Positions 59,263-64,000 of a stretch of DNA of 64,000 nt are shown here, one piece after another. Where the stretch lies: positions 1 to 64,000 of the forward strand of contig CAXXTH010000019.1 in the NCBI GenBank assembly GCA_963668025.2, written 5' to 3'. Positions within the stretch are counted from its first letter, which is position 1; every line of letters starts with the position of its first letter. The translations under genes were made by a program, and so were the position numbers. Under the pieces are notes generated by a model. The model did not search any database. It worked only from the letters and a program-made list of their open reading frames with translations, and had not been told where the DNA came from. The stretch is from Candidatus Hydrogenedentota bacterium. Lineage in GTDB: Bacteria > Hydrogenedentota > Hydrogenedentia > Hydrogenedentales > SLHB01.

Positions 59263-60345
59263 ATGACCGAGACAAATACCGATAATCGAACCGTCACCAT
59301 GAACGATGTGGCCAAGCGCGCTGGGGTGAGCCGGGCGACCGTATCCCGCCTGCTCAGCAATGCTCCTTTGCCGATCAGCGTCACCGAGGCCACGCGGCAG
59401 CGGGTATTCAGTGCGGTCAAAGAGCTGGGCTACCGCCCTAACCGGATCGCGCAAAGCTTGATGACCAAGAAGACCTGCATCATGGGATTGTCCATGCCCC
59501 AGTTTTTCCCGCCGAACATCAAGGACCGGCGCATGATTTCCATGCAATCGACGAGCGTGGGGGATCTGGTGTGTGGCGTCCAGTCGGTGGCCCAGCCCCG
59601 GGGCTACGACATCCAGTTGTTTATGCGGTATGAGTACGACCGTGGCGACGGCCCGCCCCATGGCGCGGACACCTTGGATTTCGTGGAAGGGGTGGTCTAT
59701 TGCACGCCTAATCCGCGTTATGATCGGTATTCCCACATTCTCGACGCCAACGTGCCGCTGGTCATGGTGGGCCCCAACCCGACCGAGCTGCCCATCACGT
59801 CTGTATGCGTCGACAATGTGCAGACGCTCTACCGTTTGACGAATGCCTTGATCGCTAAAGGATACCGCCGGATCGGGCTGATCCTTCCGGAAGATAGCGA
59901 CACGATTCTCAGCCGGTTGCGGTATCAGGGGTATCGGAAAGCGCATCTGGAGGCGGAAGTGCCGATTTATCCCCACCTGGTGGTGCCCGGCCATTTTGTC
60001 GGTGATGCGGGGGCGGTTCTAGCGGACGCCGTGCTGGATGGCGGCGTGAAGCCGGAGGCGATCATCGTGGGCCGCTCGGATATCGCCGGAGATGTATTGG
60101 GGCGCATCAAAGAACGCGGCCTGAGGTGCCCGGAAGACATCGCGCTGGTGGTCTATGGAAATGATCATTTATTCGATTTTACGGAGCCGCGAATTACGGC
60201 GGTTGAAATAGGCCGTTTCGAAATGGCGGCGGCGGCGGCCCGGCTGTTGATCGAGGAAATTGACGGCGACGCGGAGCCGGGGCGTGAAGAGTTTATCGAG
60301 CCACATTTGGTGCGGCGCGAGTCGTGCCTGCTGGACGCATTCTAA
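59263..60345 (+). CDS. LacI family transcriptional regulator
   Basis: VTMNDVAKRAGVSRATVSR HTH, LGYRPN hinge, PEDIALV, LVRRES. Confidence 0.95.
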   Translation: MTETNTDNRTVTMNDVAKRAGVSRATVSRLLSNAPLPISVTEATRQRVFSAVKELGYRPNRIAQSLMTKKTCIMGLSMPQFFPPNIKDRRMISMQSTSVGDLVCGVQSVAQPRGYDIQLFMRYEYDRGDGPPHGADTLDFVEGVVYCTPNPRYDRYSHILDANVPLVMVGPNPTELPITSVCVDNVQTLYRLTNALIAKGYRRIGLILPEDSDTILSRLRYQGYRKAHLEAEVPIYPHLVVPGHFVGDAGAVLADAVLDGGVKPEAIIVGRSDIAGDVLGRIKERGLRCPEDIALVVYGNDHLFDFTEPRITAVEIGRFEMAAAAARLLIEEIDGDAEPGREEFIEPHLVRRESCLLDAF

Positions 60346-60413
60346 GGAGGCATGTGTTTTTATTATTCACATTAATTGGGCGGTTGAATCTACACAAGTA
60401 GGAGGATGGTTTT

Positions 60414-61523
60414 ATGACGTACAAAAAGAAAGGTGGTTTTACATTAATCGAGCTGCTGGTGGTGATCACCATCATAGCGATTCTGGCCGCTATTTTGCTG
60501 CCTGCGCTGGCGCGGGCGCGCGAGGCGGCGCGGCGGGCATCCTGTTCGAGCAATCTCAAACAATGGGGCATCATCTGCAAGATGTATGCGGGCGAGAACA
60601 ACGGCCTGTTCCCCGGCGGCGGAGGTTACAAGATCGCAGGCTGGTGTACATGGCGGGGAGTGAACAGCGCCGAGTTATATCCGGATTATTGGAACGATCC
60701 GAATATTATGATTTGCCCGTCCGATGCGCGGGCAGGCATGCCTGGTTTCGTGAGCGTATGGGGGCTGGGCAGCGACTGGCCCATGATCGAGGAAGATGTC
60801 ATCGAACAGCTCAATAGCTTGAAGGATGGCGTGGATGCGGATGCGGCCAAGGCGGTTCGTCATTCTATTCTTTCCTTCCCAATTTCGTATGTCTATGTGC
60901 CATATGCCGTAAAGAACTCCAGCCAGTTGTTCCATGTATTTCATGTGCTGTCGGCGAATGCCGCCTGGGGCGAAGACTGGAATGCCAGTATAAAAGAGCA
61001 AGTTTGGCAGCCTAAGATCAAAGATGCGGGCGGCCCGGATAGTTGGAACTGCACGATCTATTTTTACAAGAACGGTGAAGTGGACATTCCATCATCTTTA
61101 GCCACATCGCACTGGATCTGGCGATATCCTAACACTACCGCCAAGGCGGGAATCGATGATGATGGCAATCCCATGCCGAGCTCTTATAGCCGCCTTAAGG
61201 AAGGGGTCGAGCGGTTCTTCATCACGGACATCAACAATCCCGCTTCTGGCGGCACGGGCCAGAGCACGCTCGTTACCATGTATGACGCCTGGGCCAGGGA
61301 GGACAATGCGAATGCGGCGACATACGGGAAGGGCGCGGTCATGTTGTTCAATCATCTTCCAGGAGGTTCGAACGTTCTCTACATGGATGGGCATGTCGAG
61401 TTCAAGCGGTATTCGAAGGGTGCGGGCATTCCATTTGATTCGCCTGAAAAAGGAGCGACAGGCCAGGCGTGCGTCGGTTCTCAATTTAGCCAATGGTCGG
61501 GTGAATATGGCGGTATTGGGTGA
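60414..61523 (+). CDS. DUF1559 prepilin-type N-terminal cleavage / H-X9-DG protein
   Basis: [62 protein letters not shown]. Confidence 0.93.
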   Translation: MTYKKKGGFTLIELLVVITIIAILAAILLPALARAREAARRASCSSNLKQWGIICKMYAGENNGLFPGGGGYKIAGWCTWRGVNSAELYPDYWNDPNIMICPSDARAGMPGFVSVWGLGSDWPMIEEDVIEQLNSLKDGVDADAAKAVRHSILSFPISYVYVPYAVKNSSQLFHVFHVLSANAAWGEDWNASIKEQVWQPKIKDAGGPDSWNCTIYFYKNGEVDIPSSLATSHWIWRYPNTTAKAGIDDDGNPMPSSYSRLKEGVERFFITDINNPASGGTGQSTLVTMYDAWAREDNANAATYGKGAVMLFNHLPGGSNVLYMDGHVEFKRYSKGAGIPFDSPEKGATGQACVGSQFSQWSGEYGGIG

Positions 61524-61602
61524 GAACGGGCGGCGCGCATGTGTGCGCCGGCTCCGGTTTCCTATCCAGTTCCACCATCCGTGGGTCTAACAGGAGAGAA
61601 CA

Positions 61603-63096
61603 ATGAGGAGAAGAACGATGAGAATCAGTAATGTACACAGGGGAATGGGCCTTCTCTGTGCGGCAGCCGCGATGGGGATATGCCTTCCACTTGCCGCGTC
61701 CGCGGCAACACTCGAAGTGACGCATTCGCCGGGAGCAGAGCAATATGACAGTGTGAATGCGGCGCTAGCGGTGGCGACGGATAACGATGTTATCGAAATC
61801 ATCGACAACAGCGCGGCGTTTGTCGAGGCGGTGGTGGTTGACGGAACCACGTTGTCCAAGAACAACCTGACACTACGCGGCCAAGCGGGCCTTGATCCGA
61901 AGCCTGTTATTCAAGGCCCTTCTTCCCCAGAGTCAACGACATGGGATCTCGGCATGACGATGGTGTTTTCCTATGGCGGGGCCAATGTCGATAATCTGCA
62001 AGTAGCCAATATTCGTTTCGAGGCGAACGGCGCGGGCACATGTGTGGACGCCCGCTTCTGGAACGGGGCCACCTTCGATAATTGCGAACTGATCGGCGGC
62101 GTATTCAATTCGGTCCGCAGCCAGGTAGCCTCTACTTTGAATAACTGTTACCTCGAAGGCGGATACAACATCGTCGAGCATTTTTTTGGCGGGCCGCTCG
62201 CATTGAACAACTGCACGGTGCGCGGCGGATCCAGCGGCGCAATGCTCTTGCATAGCGGCACGCTCAATGTGGATAGCTGCTATATCGCGGGCGAAGCGGG
62301 CTGCGCCATCAACTGCGATAACAACGCGGACTGGGGTGATGTGTATTTGAACCTGTCCAACAGCGTCATCACCGATTTTTCGAGCAGCGCAAATAATCTG
62401 ATCCCGATTCAAGCGTCGCATAACAACCCATTCCATATGACCATCGACAATTGCGATCTTATCGGTGGCGAGGGCGATGCCAGCAACACCAATACTGGCG
62501 CGGCGATTATTTTCATGCGGGATTTCGATTCCGTAACGATTACGGACACCATCTTTTTTAATATTTCCAGTGTGGCTTACGCTGTCGTTGACAACCATGT
62601 CGGCACACTAAACGAAGACTACAATTTCTACAGCAAAGCCCCGAATAATCTGGCGGACCAGGGCTTCGCCATGGGCGCGCACTCGGTGGACGACCGCGAT
62701 GGCGCCAATCCCTTGTATGTCGATCCGCTGAACCTAGATTTCCGCCTGCTGGCCACTTCGCCTGCCGCGACATTGAATAGCACGGGCACGCCAGGGTTTG
62801 CAGGTTCGCAAGGCGTGGAAGAGGTGGTTGATACGGACGGCGATGGCCTCGCGGACTCCGTCGAGACGGATACGGGCGTGTATGTGAGCGTGTCCGATAC
62901 GGGCACGGACCCGAATGACGCGGACTCCGATGATGATACTTACAACGATGGGGCGGAAGTGGCTGCTGGCACGGACCCGAATGATCCACTGTCATATCCA
63001 GGCGGCGGAGAGGGATTGCCTGTGGCAGGCTTGCTGGGACTATCCGTATTAGCGGGCGTGATGGCAGCGGCGGCTGCACGGCGAATCCGGAGCTAA
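61603..63096 (+). CDS. Secreted beta-helix protein with Ca-binding DxDxDG repeats and a C-terminal sorting-like tail
   Basis: Signal peptide, pectin-lyase-like repeats, DFRLLATSPA, DTDGDGLAD / DSDDDTYNDG.E...GTDP, tail LPVAG-TM-RRIRS. Confidence 0.8.
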   Translation: MRRRTMRISNVHRGMGLLCAAAAMGICLPLAASAATLEVTHSPGAEQYDSVNAALAVATDNDVIEIIDNSAAFVEAVVVDGTTLSKNNLTLRGQAGLDPKPVIQGPSSPESTTWDLGMTMVFSYGGANVDNLQVANIRFEANGAGTCVDARFWNGATFDNCELIGGVFNSVRSQVASTLNNCYLEGGYNIVEHFFGGPLALNNCTVRGGSSGAMLLHSGTLNVDSCYIAGEAGCAINCDNNADWGDVYLNLSNSVITDFSSSANNLIPIQASHNNPFHMTIDNCDLIGGEGDASNTNTGAAIIFMRDFDSVTITDTIFFNISSVAYAVVDNHVGTLNEDYNFYSKAPNNLADQGFAMGAHSVDDRDGANPLYVDPLNLDFRLLATSPAATLNSTGTPGFAGSQGVEEVVDTDGDGLADSVETDTGVYVSVSDTGTDPNDADSDDDTYNDGAEVAAGTDPNDPLSYPGGGEGLPVAGLLGLSVLAGVMAAAAARRIRS

Positions 63097-63148
63097 ACGG
63101 AACGGCATTAGCCAAGTTAACTGCACAAAAATCACGTTAGCATCCATC

Positions 63149-63180
63149 GAGGGCCGCCGGCTGGCCGGCTGGCGGCCCTC
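63149..63180 (+). terminator. GC-rich hairpin after the secreted-protein gene
   Basis: GAGGGCCGCC/GGCGGCCCTC 10-bp stem; weak T-tract. Confidence 0.55.
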
Positions 63181-63379
63181 TTCAACAAGAAAGCATGCTA
63201 GAAAACGTATCCGCCCAAGAGTGGAGCAGGCAAGCCATCAGACGGAAAACCTGAGTTTTGCAGTGCGGCAGCTTGCTGCCGCTTTGGGCGTGTGGATTTT
63301 CATCGCATATCCCTTGGTGATAGGTGGCGAGGTGAATTCGCGCAAACCGCTCTAGAAACCAGCAAAGGAGGTGTAACTC

Positions 63380-64000
63380 GTGAAATGTGTGTTGTTCAAG
63401 CCCGAGAAGCGATTCGCCTCGCTCGCATCACTCCCATTATATGGACTTATTCTACTGTGCATGATGTGTTGCACGGCGGGCCACGCGCAACGCTGGGATT
63501 TTGAATCTGGCCTGGACGGGTGGGAAGGCTTTGGCACGGTGGCTTCGGCTGAGGCGGTGGATGGGGCCATGCAAATCACTTATCCGGCGTCCCAGTTGTC
63601 CGGCGCGCCGGGGGCCGTGCGTTCGGGCATTAGTTTTAACAGCGCGGATTATCGTTACTTAGCGCTGGACATCGAGATTCGCAATGCGCCTACGACCGCG
63701 CCCGTCACGTGCCTGGTTTGGTGGATGCAGACGGCGGGCGGCACGAATGGCGGCGTGGGGGCGCGCACGTTCCAGGTTAAGCCTATCGCGGGGCGGCAGC
63801 CAGTGTTGCTCGATATGCTTGCTTCCGGCGATCTATTCGATGCATGGGCGGGGCAGATCATCCAGCTTCGAATTGAAACACCCTGGGAATATGACGCTTC
63901 GAACATGGGGGATGCGTGGAAAGACGCCGTCACGTGCGTGGACCGCATCGAGCTCTCCACGACGCCGGGCATACCAGAGTATCCGGCGGATTCGGAGTGG
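63380..64000 (+). CDS. Secreted protein, 5' part only (possible carbohydrate-binding domain)
   Basis: Not in the ORF track. AAGGAGG RBS, GTG start MKCVLFKPEK...LLCMMCCTAGHA-QRWDFESGLDGWEG; appears open to the window end. Confidence 0.75.
   Translation, partial: MKCVLFKPEKRFASLASLPLYGLILLCMMCCTAGHAQRWDFESGLDGWEGFGTVASAEAVDGAMQITYPASQLSGAPGAVRSGISFNSADYRYLALDIEIRNAPTTAPVTCLVWWMQTAGGTNGGVGARTFQVKPIAGRQPVLLDMLASGDLFDAWAGQIIQLRIETPWEYDASNMGDAWKDAVTCVDRIELSTTPGIPEYPADSEW

Overview
Bacterial chromosomal window of moderately high GC, from a diderm (lpx, skp and tolC genes). The gene style (DUF1559 pilin-like protein, LPVAG-type C-terminal tail, UroD-like and sulfatase-like genes) suggests Candidatus Hydrogenedentota or a similar lineage; this is inference only. 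Housekeeping blocks: mreBCD-mrdA-rodA-DUF2344-rng; yceD-rpmF-plsX/fabD (fused)-fabG; pcrA-pheA; skp-lpxD-lpxC/fabZ; tolC; photolyase; dsbD-like; wecE; kinase-murQ fusion. There are two mobile-element hot spots. At 20.4-23.0 kb an ISAs1 remnant carrying a DUF6788-like gene abuts a complete ISKra4 with a -1 slippery site. At 36.8-43.5 kb a group IIC intron sits in the terminator of a sigma28-type gene, its RT is interrupted by an IS4 element, and it is followed by an IS66 and a full-length IS1634-like gene that lacks recognisable DDE motifs and looks domesticated. A 188-bp MITE with the IS66 ends and a perfect 8-bp TSD carries REP-like hairpins, and a decayed copy lies at 3.8 kb. Three REP-like repeat families occur between genes. 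The right end holds a LacI / DUF1559 / secreted-protein / glycoside hydrolase locus. No rRNA, tRNA or CRISPR array was seen. All family assignments come from motif recognition by eye, not database searches.
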